Made by a program: the position numbers and the translations under genes | Source: a virus | Lineage: Duplodnaviria; Caudoviricetes | Direction: 5' to 3' (one strand) | Virus record (IMG/VR): IMGVR_UViG_3300028197_000002 | Length of the DNA: 64,000 nt | The notes under the pieces: model-generated | Database searches by the model: none | What the model was told of the DNA's origin: nothing | The model's input: the letters and a program-made list of their open reading frames with translations, nothing else | Shown: positions 10,272-20,066 of the stretch, piece by piece | Position numbering within the stretch: position 1 is the stretch's first letter | How the letters are laid out: each line of letters opens with the position of its first letter

Positions 10272-10496
10272 ATGCCAAGGGGGAAGAAAAGCAGTTGGAC
10301 TCATGCAATTTATTGCGATTATGGGAAGGCAGATGCAAGAATAATTAGACTTAGCTACAGTTCTGTTTCTGCTAAAAATGCTTGGGAAAAAATTTATAAA
10401 TCTTATAGTCATAATAACTGGCGATGTTGGCAAGTAACAAAGCGTGGCAAAGTTATAAGAGATAGCAATAAGATTAAAGAAAAGGTACTAAATTAA
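10272..10496 (+). CDS. Small basic hypothetical protein
   Basis: GGAGG SD. Confidence 0.65.
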   Translation: MPRGKKSSWTHAIYCDYGKADARIIRLSYSSVSAKNAWEKIYKSYSHNNWRCWQVTKRGKVIRDSNKIKEKVLN

Positions 10497-10853
10497 ATGA
10501 TGCCAGTTCCCTACACCGAATGTATTACTTATCCTGATGAATATTACGGACATGATAAAATATTAAGGATAGAGCAATCGTATTATTTAACAGAATACAT
10601 AGAGGAAAAAGCTCATAAATTAATAAATTTAGGTGGTAGATTTTTAATTAAGCGTGAAGAAGTTGCAAAGAACAAGTCTGCGAAGAAAACTCCACCGACT
10701 TATGGTTTAAATACTCTTATTTTTTCTACAGATTTAAGTGAGATGTTGTTGCCAGATCATACTAAAATCATATTGAGTAGCGAGAAAGAAACTCGCAAGA
10801 ATTTTATAGTTTTAATTAATTCTTCTTACCACAATATTTTTAAAAATGTATAA
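10497..10853 (+). CDS. Hypothetical protein
   Basis: Abuts previous stop. Confidence 0.6.
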   Translation: MMPVPYTECITYPDEYYGHDKILRIEQSYYLTEYIEEKAHKLINLGGRFLIKREEVAKNKSAKKTPPTYGLNTLIFSTDLSEMLLPDHTKIILSSEKETRKNFIVLINSSYHNIFKNV

Positions 10854-11052
10854 ATGGACAGAAATTAAAAAGTGGGCTAAAGAAAACAACCTTAGTATTT
10901 CTAAGACTCCCAAAATAGATGAATTTATCTGGGGAGACAAGAAATATAGCAATTTAAATAAATTAGTCGCTGACTTGTATAATGAACTAACTAATAATGT
11001 TCATTTAGAGCATCAAAAAAACTATAAAAAAAACAATAGTAGTTCATGGTAG
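10846..11052 (+). CDS. Hypothetical protein
   Basis: Overlapping operon-style ORF. Confidence 0.6.
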   Translation: MYKWTEIKKWAKENNLSISKTPKIDEFIWGDKKYSNLNKLVADLYNELTNNVHLEHQKNYKKNNSSSW

Positions 11053-11087
11053 GTTTATAGAAACAACTATTTTCGCTATCGGAGTTT

Positions 11088-11993
11088 TTGATGAGATATG
11101 GTCTTTGTTGTATTGCTTTAGGTTTAGAGCCAAAGAAATTCAGAAAAATGACATACAAGCGATTTAGTAGTTTAGATCGTGATGAGGCGTTATCTATTTT
11201 AGGAGAACGCATTCTCAACAATATGGAGGTGACAAATGCTAGTATTAGCTACTGTTCAAAACATGATTACTGTTACCGTATTAGTAGTGACCTATTTCCT
11301 CTTGTTACCTATCGTGCTGCTAATCTCAGTCTTTCTGATCTACCTCAACATGAGCGAATACTACAAGAAATAGAAAGCATAGGCGACAACATAGAGGAAA
11401 CAAGAGTCAGAGTTAGTTGTCATCCAAGTGAGTTTAACGTATTGGCTTCTACAAATGAAGATGCTGTAAATCGTACCATTAGAGAGTTAAATTTCTACAG
11501 TGATTTTCTTGATATGCTAGGTTGTCCTGCGGATTATAATTCGCCTATGAACTTGCATATCAACAATCGAGAAGGCAGCAACAATGAAGTTGTAGCCAGA
11601 TTCAAAAAGAACTTTGCTAGGCTTGATGAAAATTGTCAAAAAAGAATTGTTATTGAGAATGATGATAAACTTAATTGTTGGAGCGTAAAACAATTAATTG
11701 AGGACTTTCACCCAGAAACCAAAATTCCTATTACCTTTGATTATTTACATCATGCTTGTCATCCTGACGGTTGGACTGAGCAACAAGCTATTAGATTTTG
11801 CCATTTAACATGGCCTACGAAACCTTTGTTTCATTATAGCGAGTCTGCTGTAGGTAACAATCCAAGAAAACATGCAGAATTTGCGATGCAAGAATTTAAC
11901 TCTTATGATTTAGATTTTGATTTAGACATGGAATTAAAAATGAAAGATGTAGCTATAGATTATTATTTGACAGAAGTTGTAAAAAAAACATGA
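11088..11993 (+). CDS. uvsE: UV-damage endonuclease
   Basis: GLCCI, YRISSDLFP, SCHPSEF, VIENDD, TFDYLHH, LFHYSES, ELKMKD. Confidence 0.93.
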   Translation: MMRYGLCCIALGLEPKKFRKMTYKRFSSLDRDEALSILGERILNNMEVTNASISYCSKHDYCYRISSDLFPLVTYRAANLSLSDLPQHERILQEIESIGDNIEETRVRVSCHPSEFNVLASTNEDAVNRTIRELNFYSDFLDMLGCPADYNSPMNLHINNREGSNNEVVARFKKNFARLDENCQKRIVIENDDKLNCWSVKQLIEDFHPETKIPITFDYLHHACHPDGWTEQQAIRFCHLTWPTKPLFHYSESAVGNNPRKHAEFAMQEFNSYDLDFDLDMELKMKDVAIDYYLTEVVKKT

Positions 11994-12040
11994 AGTAGTT
12001 TGCGGTATGGATATGCTTTGACTTTCGAAGGAAATACATA

Positions 12041-12319
12041 GTGAAAAAAATAGTAAAATCTTTTTTAAAAAAATCTAAAGGCAAGCCATCAGAATTGTCT
12101 GAGCATGATAGAATGCTTTACGATTATGGCAATAAAGTTAAATGGGTAGATGTTAAACTTCATCTTACGCATAGTGAAGTTGAAGAATTTTTTGGTGAAA
12201 GATGCAATAGTTATGAGCCTTCGTGTTCAATTTGTAAAAATTGGATTCAATGGGACGAAAAAGGAACAGCTACAATTTCTTTGCTAAGAAATGAAGTGAT
12301 TGAATTGCTTAGGCAGTAA
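12041..12319 (+). CDS. Hypothetical protein
   Basis: GTG start after AAGGA; CxxxxxxCxxC. Confidence 0.6.
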   Translation: MKKIVKSFLKKSKGKPSELSEHDRMLYDYGNKVKWVDVKLHLTHSEVEEFFGERCNSYEPSCSICKNWIQWDEKGTATISLLRNEVIELLRQ

Positions 12320-12321
12320 AA

Positions 12322-12840
12322 ATGATAAATATAACTTTTACAACAGAACAAGTAGTCGATTTAATCACTCTTTTGAAGAAAGAGTTGATTGCTACGGTTC
12401 CTTTGACTGAAAAAAATGATAGTGATTCTCCCAATCTTGCAATTCAGAATTATAACGAACAATTTCTACTGCTTCAAAAATTACAAAAAACAATTTCCAA
12501 GGCAATGAATGAGGATGGTCATTGGTACGTTGTGAATAAAGTTGGCAATATTTCAAAAACATTCGCAGCTACAAAGGCTTTAAAGAAAATTTTTAAAGAA
12601 CATAATAAATGTAGTGATAAATTAGGGCGTGATGAGTTTAGTTTAAGTAATATTAAGAAGTTTCTTGAAGTAAATCAGTCTTATAGGCATGGCGTTACAC
12701 CATGTTTAGATTATAATGTGGCATTGGAAGTTTATTTGGAATTAACTAATTTTGGCTGTATTTGCGAATTAGTAAGAGTTGAAGAAATTGAATTTAATGA
12801 TAATTATGCTCCTTGGCCTTCGTCTGAACCACCATTTTAA
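12322..12840 (+). CDS. Hypothetical protein
   Basis: 172-aa packed ORF. Confidence 0.65.
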   Translation: MINITFTTEQVVDLITLLKKELIATVPLTEKNDSDSPNLAIQNYNEQFLLLQKLQKTISKAMNEDGHWYVVNKVGNISKTFAATKALKKIFKEHNKCSDKLGRDEFSLSNIKKFLEVNQSYRHGVTPCLDYNVALEVYLELTNFGCICELVRVEEIEFNDNYAPWPSSEPPF

Positions 12841-12931
12841 AAAACAAAATTAGTTTGCGGTAGATATGGAAACTCAAATTAAAAAAACCAAAAATACCTG
12901 TGACGACTTCTTAATTGATGGAATTGAATAA

Positions 12932-13201
12932 ATGTTAAGTGATTATGACAAAGCAAACGTAGCCCAGATTTTGTCTGGACATGGCGATTGGTTTACAGCA
13001 AAACTCATGCGGCTAATTGCTGGCTCTGATTCTTTGAATCGAGAAAAACTATTTCAAGTTTTTCCAGAAGTAGTTGTTTGCGTTAGTGATTTTCAAAGAA
13101 TCTCGATTCAATATAGTAGAAGAAAGTTTTCAAACCCTTCATATGGAATGAACAACAATCTTTCATTAGAAGAATGGAAAGATTTATCTAACAAAAATTA
13201 A
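12932..13201 (+). CDS. Hypothetical phage protein
   Basis: GDWFTAKLMRLIAGSDSLNREKL pattern. Confidence 0.6.
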   Translation: MLSDYDKANVAQILSGHGDWFTAKLMRLIAGSDSLNREKLFQVFPEVVVCVSDFQRISIQYSRRKFSNPSYGMNNNLSLEEWKDLSNKN

Positions 13202-13234
13202 CGCAATGCAAAAATTTAGAAAAAGAAGTTTAAT

Positions 13235-13750
13235 ATGATTCTTTATGAAAAAGCAAAAAAGGTTGCAAAAGACGCTCATCAAAGCATTGGTCAAGTAAGA
13301 AAGTACAACGGAAAGCCTTACTATCATCATCCTTTAGCTGTTGCAGAGTTGGTTTCTTTAGTTACTGATGATGAGAACGTGCTTGCTGCTGCTGCTTTGC
13401 ATGATGTTCTTGAAGATGTAACGCCTTTTAATAAAAAATACAACAAGGATTTTATAGAAAAAGAATTTGGGTATGAGGTTTTAAATTTAGTTATTGAATT
13501 AACTAATCAGTACGAAAAGTCAGCGTATCCTAATTTGAACAGAAAAAGTAGAAAGTTTCTAGAATCTCAAAGAATCAGTAAAATTAGCGAGAAGGCAAAA
13601 ATAGTTAAAAGAGCAGATTTGCACCATAACAGTCAAGAAATGCCTTCGGACAACAAATTTTGCAAACTTTGGATTGAAGAAAAAAAAGAAATTGAAAAAT
13701 TAATCGGATCATGGTCTGATTTTTTAAAACAATGCGTCGATATTGAGTAG
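13235..13750 (+). CDS. Stand-alone HD-domain hydrolase, RelA/SpoT (Mesh1/SAH)-like
   Basis: RKYNGKPYYHHPLAVA, AAALHDVLED, VKRADLHHN. Confidence 0.85.
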   Translation: MILYEKAKKVAKDAHQSIGQVRKYNGKPYYHHPLAVAELVSLVTDDENVLAAAALHDVLEDVTPFNKKYNKDFIEKEFGYEVLNLVIELTNQYEKSAYPNLNRKSRKFLESQRISKISEKAKIVKRADLHHNSQEMPSDNKFCKLWIEEKKEIEKLIGSWSDFLKQCVDIE

Positions 13751-13821
13751 TTTTGATTAATGTTTACTTTTGAGAAAAATAAACTAAAATTATTTAGACA
13801 ATTTTTCCAAACAAGAAAGGG

Positions 13822-14328
13822 TTGATTATTATGGGAATGGACGTTTCTTCTGATTCAGGAGTAGTTTTTGAAATTTCTGATGTTGTACCAAACATTTTAG
13901 AATCCTTGACAGATGCTCAAGTGAAAAGTTCTGTTACTAGATTGAAAAAGAAGTATCAAGATAATTGGCCTACAAAAAAAGAAGAGTTAGATAAAATTTC
14001 ATCTAGCGAAGATTTATCTAACTGGTTTCTAGAAGCGATTGTTGTCACTCCCGATGACGATAACGACGAAGGATTTGATACCTATGGCATATCAGCTATT
14101 TGGGATCATATTATGGCTGCTTCAAAGTGCAAACTGCCAGATGCAAATTTTCATTATTGGACAAGTTCAAGACTGTCTGATTACGAAGTTCCTATAGAAA
14201 CTCCATGTATTGTTTTTGAGGAATACGGTCTTTTTGCGACTAAAATGACCGCTAAGGGCAAAAAACTTGCCGCTACATTAGGTGTTAGTGAAATCAACAC
14301 TAGCACATGGACTACTTTGAGTTATTAA
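13822..14328 (+). CDS. Hypothetical protein, paralog of 14516-15025
   Basis: Shared C-terminus GLFATKMTAKGKKLA...TWTTLSY. Confidence 0.7.
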   Translation: MIIMGMDVSSDSGVVFEISDVVPNILESLTDAQVKSSVTRLKKKYQDNWPTKKEELDKISSSEDLSNWFLEAIVVTPDDDNDEGFDTYGISAIWDHIMAASKCKLPDANFHYWTSSRLSDYEVPIETPCIVFEEYGLFATKMTAKGKKLAATLGVSEINTSTWTTLSY

Positions 14329-14515
14329 GAAAAAAATAGAAAGTAGTTTATGGTATAATAAGAAGACACAGGTAAACCTGTTTATTGAAGTGGGTGGCGA
14401 GACTACAATTTCGGTGTAGTCCAAAACCATAACCGAGCGACATGATATATCATCCCTTTGTGGAGTTTGCGTAAGTTGGAAAGCCATTTGCTTCAATAGC
14501 TAGAAAGAAAGAAAA

Positions 14516-15025
14516 ATGGGAAGTGATATTTATACCGAATCTGCTATAGCAGTTCGTTTTGAAGATTTTTTAAATCGAAAAGAAATTAGTCTAAAGAAAA
14601 ATAGACGAAAAATAGTCGATGAACTTGTTGAAAAACAACTTATAGATGCTCAAAAAGCATCTGAAAAAGAATCTGAAATGATTGAAACAAAAAACGGTTT
14701 TATATCCCACCTTTTATCAGAAATTTCATTTGAAGATTCATCTGGATGGGAAAATGAAGAAGAAGCGTATAGACATTCTGATATTATAAAAGTTTTTTGC
14801 TCCAACACTGGAATAGACTACAACAAGAAACTTGTGGATTTTAATTTCAGAAAGTTCCAAAATTCCAGAGAGTCAGGACGCGATGTAGAAATTAACACTA
14901 TCTATATCATGTTTGATTCAAACGGAATGTTTGAAACAAAACCAACTAAAGAAGGAAAAGAATTGGCTAAAACCCTTGGCATTAAAGAATTAAGTGAAAC
15001 TACTTGGACTGTCCATAGTTATTAG
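14516..15025 (+). CDS. Hypothetical protein, paralog of 13822-14328
   Basis: GMFETKPTKEGKELA...TWTVHSY. Confidence 0.7.
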   Translation: MGSDIYTESAIAVRFEDFLNRKEISLKKNRRKIVDELVEKQLIDAQKASEKESEMIETKNGFISHLLSEISFEDSSGWENEEEAYRHSDIIKVFCSNTGIDYNKKLVDFNFRKFQNSRESGRDVEINTIYIMFDSNGMFETKPTKEGKELAKTLGIKELSETTWTVHSY

Positions 15026-15034
15026 GGAGAATGA

Positions 15035-15271
15035 TTGGAAATGGATTTCATAGAGAAGCGTAAAAAAATATCAATCATAAGATTGTTAGAAGAAAATATA
15101 AACAAAAAAGTAAATTTAGTTTTAAAGAAAAAAGAATGCGACAATTCCTTTGTAAGAAAAGTTACCATTGTAGCTGTAGGTTCGAGATTTGTTGTTTGCA
15201 AAGGTTTAAGTGGAATGGAATGGTCTTATCCAATAGATGATAGTGAAATGGAAATATTAAGAGTAGAATAA
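15035..15271 (+). CDS. Hypothetical protein
   Basis: Packed ORF. Confidence 0.55.
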   Translation: MEMDFIEKRKKISIIRLLEENINKKVNLVLKKKECDNSFVRKVTIVAVGSRFVVCKGLSGMEWSYPIDDSEMEILRVE

Positions 15272-15919
15272 ATGACAAGAATCAAGCCAAAAAGAAAAAG
15301 TTCTTATCAAAAATGGACTAAGTTTATTTTTGACGAAGAAGCTACAAGGTCTTATAGAGATCGAATAATTGGAACTAATTCCAATGAAGTCACCTACGCA
15401 GAAATTTTTACTAACAAGTCTCATTCTGTTATCGTGACTCCCATGAGTATTGAGCATGAAATGAAGGGATGGATTTCTCTTTCTATAAAAAGACACGATA
15501 GAAAAGCGGAATGCGATTGGAGAATATTTCAAAGAATCAAAAATGATTTGGTAGGAGAAAAAAGAGAAGCGGTACAGTTGTTCCCTTCTATGGATCGAGT
15601 GTTAGATACAGCGAATCAATACTTCTTATGGGTCGCTCCTGAAAAGCATATCTTTGGGATTGGACAAGTAGAACAAGAAGTGTCTGATGAGGTTTATGCA
15701 AACAAAGTAGGAAGCGTACAGCGTCCTTTTGCTGACTCTGATCCACTAGGGAAATTAGTAGATAATGGAGAAAGAAGTAAAACGGTAGGATCATTTCCTC
15801 TGCCTGTCTTCCCAGAAGGTTATATGGACTTGATGAAAGTGTATTTCCAAGCCCAAAAACAATCTCAAGAAAAAGGAATGGAATCTAATGGGAGCTTTAA
15901 CGAAGAAAAGAATGATTAG
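15272..15919 (+). CDS. DUF7694-like protein
   Basis: LSIKRHD...DWRIFQRIKNDLVG..REAVQLFP...VLDTANQYFLWV. Confidence 0.65.
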   Translation: MTRIKPKRKSSYQKWTKFIFDEEATRSYRDRIIGTNSNEVTYAEIFTNKSHSVIVTPMSIEHEMKGWISLSIKRHDRKAECDWRIFQRIKNDLVGEKREAVQLFPSMDRVLDTANQYFLWVAPEKHIFGIGQVEQEVSDEVYANKVGSVQRPFADSDPLGKLVDNGERSKTVGSFPLPVFPEGYMDLMKVYFQAQKQSQEKGMESNGSFNEEKND

Positions 15920-16142
15920 GTTTGTTGATCTTCAAAAGTATGCTGGAGAAAATTCTTATACTGTAAAAAAGATCAAAAGTAGATGTTTTATGTGGAAAAA
16001 AAATAATACTAAAGCATTTAGAATTGCAAAATCAGTAAAGGAAACTTTTGAAGAAATATCTGCTGAAATTGAATACAGAAAATCTGAAGTTGAATACAGA
16101 AAAGTATGTAAAACATTTAGACTTTTAAGCGAAGGTTTTTGA
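15888..16142 (+). CDS. Hypothetical protein
   Basis: Packed ORF. Confidence 0.55.
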   Translation: MGALTKKRMIRFVDLQKYAGENSYTVKKIKSRCFMWKKNNTKAFRIAKSVKETFEEISAEIEYRKSEVEYRKVCKTFRLLSEGF

Positions 16143-16774
16143 TGAAAGACAAAAAATTTAGTATACAAAATTTGGCTTTAGAAGAAAATCAAAAATTTCA
16201 TATTTTTCAATATCAATATTTATTAGACATGAAAGACAAGATATTTCATGCTCTTGGAGATGATGAATTAAGAAAAGAAATACTTCAAAAAGTAAATTCT
16301 TGTTTTCAAAAAGATTACAATGATAGTTTGGCGGGAGAGATTGCTTTAGAGCATTTATTGACGAATGATGAATTGTCTGTGAAGATAAGAAAATTTTTAA
16401 GTTCAAGAGTGGGCTATAGTATGAAAGGGCAAGTTAGAGATGTGGAGATAAAACCAAAGAACGCAATCCACAATGACATTTGGCTAAACAGAATGGAGGC
16501 TAATGAGTATAACCCTGCTCATGTTCATGGAGGTTTTTTAAGTTGGATTTGGTACATCGACATACCAGAAGAAATCAGAAAAGAATCAAACAACAATAAA
16601 TCAATGGGCTTAGTAGAATTTAAATCATGTAGGTCAAATGAACTTATGAGATTTAATCCTAGTTCAAACGATTTTTTAATGTTCAATGCTGACCACATGC
16701 ACACTGTTTATCCGTTTCGGTCAAATGTAACTAGAATATCTCTCGCAGGAAATATCCATGAAGTAATTTATTGA
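16139..16774 (+). CDS. Putative 2OG-Fe(II) oxygenase
   Basis: NPAHVHGGFLSWIWYIDIP, HMHTVYP, RISLAGNI. Confidence 0.75.
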   Translation: MMKDKKFSIQNLALEENQKFHIFQYQYLLDMKDKIFHALGDDELRKEILQKVNSCFQKDYNDSLAGEIALEHLLTNDELSVKIRKFLSSRVGYSMKGQVRDVEIKPKNAIHNDIWLNRMEANEYNPAHVHGGFLSWIWYIDIPEEIRKESNNNKSMGLVEFKSCRSNELMRFNPSSNDFLMFNADHMHTVYPFRSNVTRISLAGNIHEVIY

Positions 16775-16819
16775 GAAAAAATACGTTTTAGTTTATGGTA
16801 AAGTAAAGGAACAAATAAG

Positions 16820-17101
16820 ATGCTTGGAAAGATTGAAAAAATGAACAAACAGCTACAAGAAGAATACAATAGCGAGGAATGTGAAATTGAAAGTTTTTCT
16901 TTTGGATCATATGATCCAAATTTTAAAAAGAATAATTCAGTTGTTCCTGAGCAAATTGCTGACATGATTGAAACTGCTTTCATTAAAGCAAAGTGGACTA
17001 GACATGAAAGTTCTACAGAAGAAGAGTGTGAAAGATTTTTTAATGATAGTCTAATGACTTTACGATCAGTTGTTGTTTTAATGGAAACGCAGAAAGGTTG
17101 A
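16820..17101 (+). CDS. Hypothetical protein
   Basis: Follows promoter motif at 16789; AAAGGA SD. Confidence 0.6.
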   Translation: MLGKIEKMNKQLQEEYNSEECEIESFSFGSYDPNFKKNNSVVPEQIADMIETAFIKAKWTRHESSTEEECERFFNDSLMTLRSVVVLMETQKG

Positions 17102-17107
17102 GTCGTT

Positions 17108-17398
17108 ATGAGTAACGATAGCGAAAAAAATAGTGGACTTGGAGTTGTTTTTCTTTTATTTATAGGGTTTTGCCTTGTAATTGGAAGTTGTAATGGCGGT
17201 GGTGGTAGTAGCGATGCGAAAATTGATAAAATAATTAAAGCCAAAGCTATAGTAAAAGGAATGGTGAACTATCCTGACACTTTAAGTTTTCATAATATGT
17301 CTACAAGTGTTAGTGGAAATAATGTTACATTAAAGTTCACTGCAAAGAACGCATTTGGAGTGCCTTCAACTCATACAAAAACAATAACAGTAAACTAA
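17108..17398 (+). CDS. Putative lipoprotein or membrane-anchored protein
   Basis: Hydrophobic segment ending GSC, Gly/Ser linker, AKNAFGV motif. Confidence 0.65.
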   Translation: MSNDSEKNSGLGVVFLLFIGFCLVIGSCNGGGGSSDAKIDKIIKAKAIVKGMVNYPDTLSFHNMSTSVSGNNVTLKFTAKNAFGVPSTHTKTITVN

Positions 17399-18706
17399 AT
17401 GTATGATTTAATTTTATGTGTCTTAGCGACAACAAAAAACAATCGCTTAGAACAATTTCAAAAAATAGGCTATAAGCCTACTTCTAAATATAAAACAAAA
17501 ATAGTCTTTCTTCAACATAATGAAGAAAGACCTTCTTTCATTAATGAAGATCAAGAATGGCATGATTGTAAAAACGAACATTTCCAAAATAGATTCATAG
17601 AATATTTAAAATATACGAAAGAAGAATTTAGATGGATGATGCAGGTAGATGACGATTCTTGTACTGATTTAGAAGAAACAATCGAATTGCTAGATCACTA
17701 CTATGATTACCAAGACAATATGATGCTAACTGCTTCATGCAGTTTTAAAATAGACGACATTGCTTATTTGAATAGAGACAAAAACGAATTAAAACTTGAT
17801 ACTTTTAAACTAGACCCTAAACTTCAAAATATCCTTAAAAGTTTTGATGATAAATGTTTTAAGAAAATAGAGGATTCAAATTATTTTGATGTGACACCGC
17901 ATGTAACTACTGGATGGGAGCATTGCGTTTTATCCAAAACAGCGGTTGATAAAATCAAATGGTATGAAAGATTCAATGATTACTTAGAAATCTGTGAAAA
18001 AGTTCTACCTGAATTTAGCGACCAAGTTCCTTTCGTTTTAGCTAGACTTGCTAAAGTTCCAATTTCCAACTGTCATTTCTTCTCTCCCTTGCCAACGCTT
18101 GAGGAATACAGCGTAATTAATAAAAAAGGAAGATTCTCGCATATTCATCATGTAGCAGAATACTTAGATCAAAAAGATGCTTTTGAAAAAGCTATTGAAG
18201 AAAAAATTGTTTTTAAAGATACGAAACAAACAAAAGAATATCTTGAGTCCGATTTTGAAAACACTTTCTGGATGTTCTATGCGATTAGTCGAGCAAGTGA
18301 CTCATTTATAATTGATGACCCAAGAAATAAAATTGTTTCAAGATGCGCTTTGAAATTTAGAAAAGATCATAGAATTGAATTGCTAAATTATCCAGTGATG
18401 AATATAAATAGCGAATTTATAGAAGAACAAAATAAATTTTGGGAAATACAACCTTCTTTGGAAAGCCAAGAAAATGAGGAGACAAAGAAGCTCTACGGTG
18501 TGAATGGTCTTAATGATAAAATATTATTTAAAGATGTGAACAACTCTGATAATTTTATTGTTTTCAAGAAAGAGAAAAATGGAACATATTTAAACGAACA
18601 AAACAAAAGTTTTTATGTTCTTTCTAGAATAGACAAATACGACTTGATGTATTTTGCTCATAATAAATTAAACAATCCAAATAGATTAAGTTGGCCCTTA
18701 ATATAG
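17399..18706 (+). CDS. Putative glycosyltransferase (Fringe/GT31-like)
   Basis: FRWMMQVDDDSCTD resembles the W-x-x-x-x-DDD metal-binding motif. Confidence 0.45.
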   Translation: MYDLILCVLATTKNNRLEQFQKIGYKPTSKYKTKIVFLQHNEERPSFINEDQEWHDCKNEHFQNRFIEYLKYTKEEFRWMMQVDDDSCTDLEETIELLDHYYDYQDNMMLTASCSFKIDDIAYLNRDKNELKLDTFKLDPKLQNILKSFDDKCFKKIEDSNYFDVTPHVTTGWEHCVLSKTAVDKIKWYERFNDYLEICEKVLPEFSDQVPFVLARLAKVPISNCHFFSPLPTLEEYSVINKKGRFSHIHHVAEYLDQKDAFEKAIEEKIVFKDTKQTKEYLESDFENTFWMFYAISRASDSFIIDDPRNKIVSRCALKFRKDHRIELLNYPVMNINSEFIEEQNKFWEIQPSLESQENEETKKLYGVNGLNDKILFKDVNNSDNFIVFKKEKNGTYLNEQNKSFYVLSRIDKYDLMYFAHNKLNNPNRLSWPLI

Positions 18707-18719
18707 TTTCCGAGTAACA

Positions 18720-19154
18720 ATGAATACTTCTTATTTTTTTAAAGCCTGTTTTGAAGATGGTACAAATAAAATCATAGAACTCAATGAAAATGAATTGCTT
18801 GATCTTTTAAGACCAGACATTGAGGACTACGCAGAAGACTACATGCTAACATATGAAGAAGCTAATTATGGAAACGTAACAGATATATGGGTAGATACAC
18901 ATGGTTACGCTTTAAACATGGACGATTTTTTTAAAAACTACAGACTTAATTCAAAAATTATTGAAGAAAAATGTCCTGAACATAAAAATGAAGATATCTT
19001 TTTAGAAACTTTAAAAGAAGGTACTTATGAACACACTGTTTGCCACTTAAAATCAAAAGAAGTTCCGTTTAAAATTAATTACGAAGTTGAGATAATTTAC
19101 ACTGAAAAAAGGATTGCGGCTTACGATCCATATTCAACATGGGATGGTGATTGA
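18720..19154 (+). CDS. Hypothetical protein
   Basis: 144-aa ORF. Confidence 0.6.
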   Translation: MNTSYFFKACFEDGTNKIIELNENELLDLLRPDIEDYAEDYMLTYEEANYGNVTDIWVDTHGYALNMDDFFKNYRLNSKIIEEKCPEHKNEDIFLETLKEGTYEHTVCHLKSKEVPFKINYEVEIIYTEKRIAAYDPYSTWDGD

Positions 19155-19270
19155 TGCTGCACAACAAAAAGCAAATGAAATCTGCATAAATAAAATTCTA
19201 TTAGATTTAACTTTTTTAAATATTATTTAATTTAAAAAAACCAGAAGCAGTTTACAGTATAAATAGCCAT

Positions 19271-19299
19271 TTGACGATTAATTTGAAATATGAGATAAT
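19271..19299 (+). promoter_or_regulatory. Sigma70-type promoter
   Basis: TTGACG-N17-GATAAT with extended -10 TG. Confidence 0.5.
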
Positions 19300-19326
19300 G
19301 AAACAAATCAAGAAAGGATTTTAAAA

Positions 19327-19473
19327 ATGGAAATACTCGGAACTTTATTTGCTCTCTATATCATTTACTTGATATTCTTCGCAAAACCAGACACTTCCTC
19401 TACGTCTTACAGGTTAGGTAAAGGTCTTGGAAGTAAAACTAAAAAATTAGGTAAATGGATGATGGATGATTGA
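19327..19473 (+). CDS. Small membrane protein (48 aa)
   Basis: AAAGGA SD; MEILGTLFALYIIYLIFFAKP... Confidence 0.6.
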   Translation: MEILGTLFALYIIYLIFFAKPDTSSTSYRLGKGLGSKTKKLGKWMMDD

Positions 19474-19611
19474 TTAAAAAATTTCTCAAGTAGTTTGCGT
19501 TAAAGGAAGAACAAGAACAATAATGACCGTTTTGACTATAAATTTAGTTGTTTTATTTGTCATGGGTTTGGTTACAGTGACTTTTTTAAACATCACAGGA
19601 AAAGACTGGTA

Positions 19612-19917
19612 ATGGAAAAAAAATATTCACAAATATTGCATAGACTTAGCGATACAGACCAGTTTATTGTAAAAGCGGCTTTAAGTTATGCACTTTCTAA
19701 TTGCATGGATATGAACTCCGCATTGAGCGTGTGTCCTTATTGTAGTGGAGACTGTCTATTGTATCCTGATGACGGAGAAAGCGGCTGTGACGGGTATCTA
19801 GGCGATACTGACGGGCTATTGTCAGACCGAAAACCAGATGATCGTATTGAAGTACAAGGAAATTACGGAAATTCGATTTCAGAAGAAGAAATTGAAAGAA
19901 TTTTAGAAAAAATTTAA
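19612..19917 (+). CDS. Hypothetical protein with Cys cluster
   Basis: CPYC...GCDGYLGDTDGL. Confidence 0.6.
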   Translation: MEKKYSQILHRLSDTDQFIVKAALSYALSNCMDMNSALSVCPYCSGDCLLYPDDGESGCDGYLGDTDGLLSDRKPDDRIEVQGNYGNSISEEEIERILEKI

Positions 19918-19950
19918 TATTAGTTCATGGTAATAATTGAGGCATTAAAA

Positions 19951-20064
19951 ATGAATACGACTACAGCACCAACTACTACACCTACTAAAACTCCTACTGA
20001 AAAACCTAAGCAAAAACCTTTTAATCCTAAAAAGCCTGAAAAACTTCCTGAACCGAAAAACTAA
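19951..20064 (+). CDS. Thr/Pro/Lys-rich micro-protein (37 aa)
   Basis: MNTTTAPTTTPTKTPTEKPKQKPFNPKKPEKLPEPKN; GAGG SD after promoter motif at 19921. Confidence 0.55.
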   Translation: MNTTTAPTTTPTKTPTEKPKQKPFNPKKPEKLPEPKN

Positions 20065-20066
20065 TT

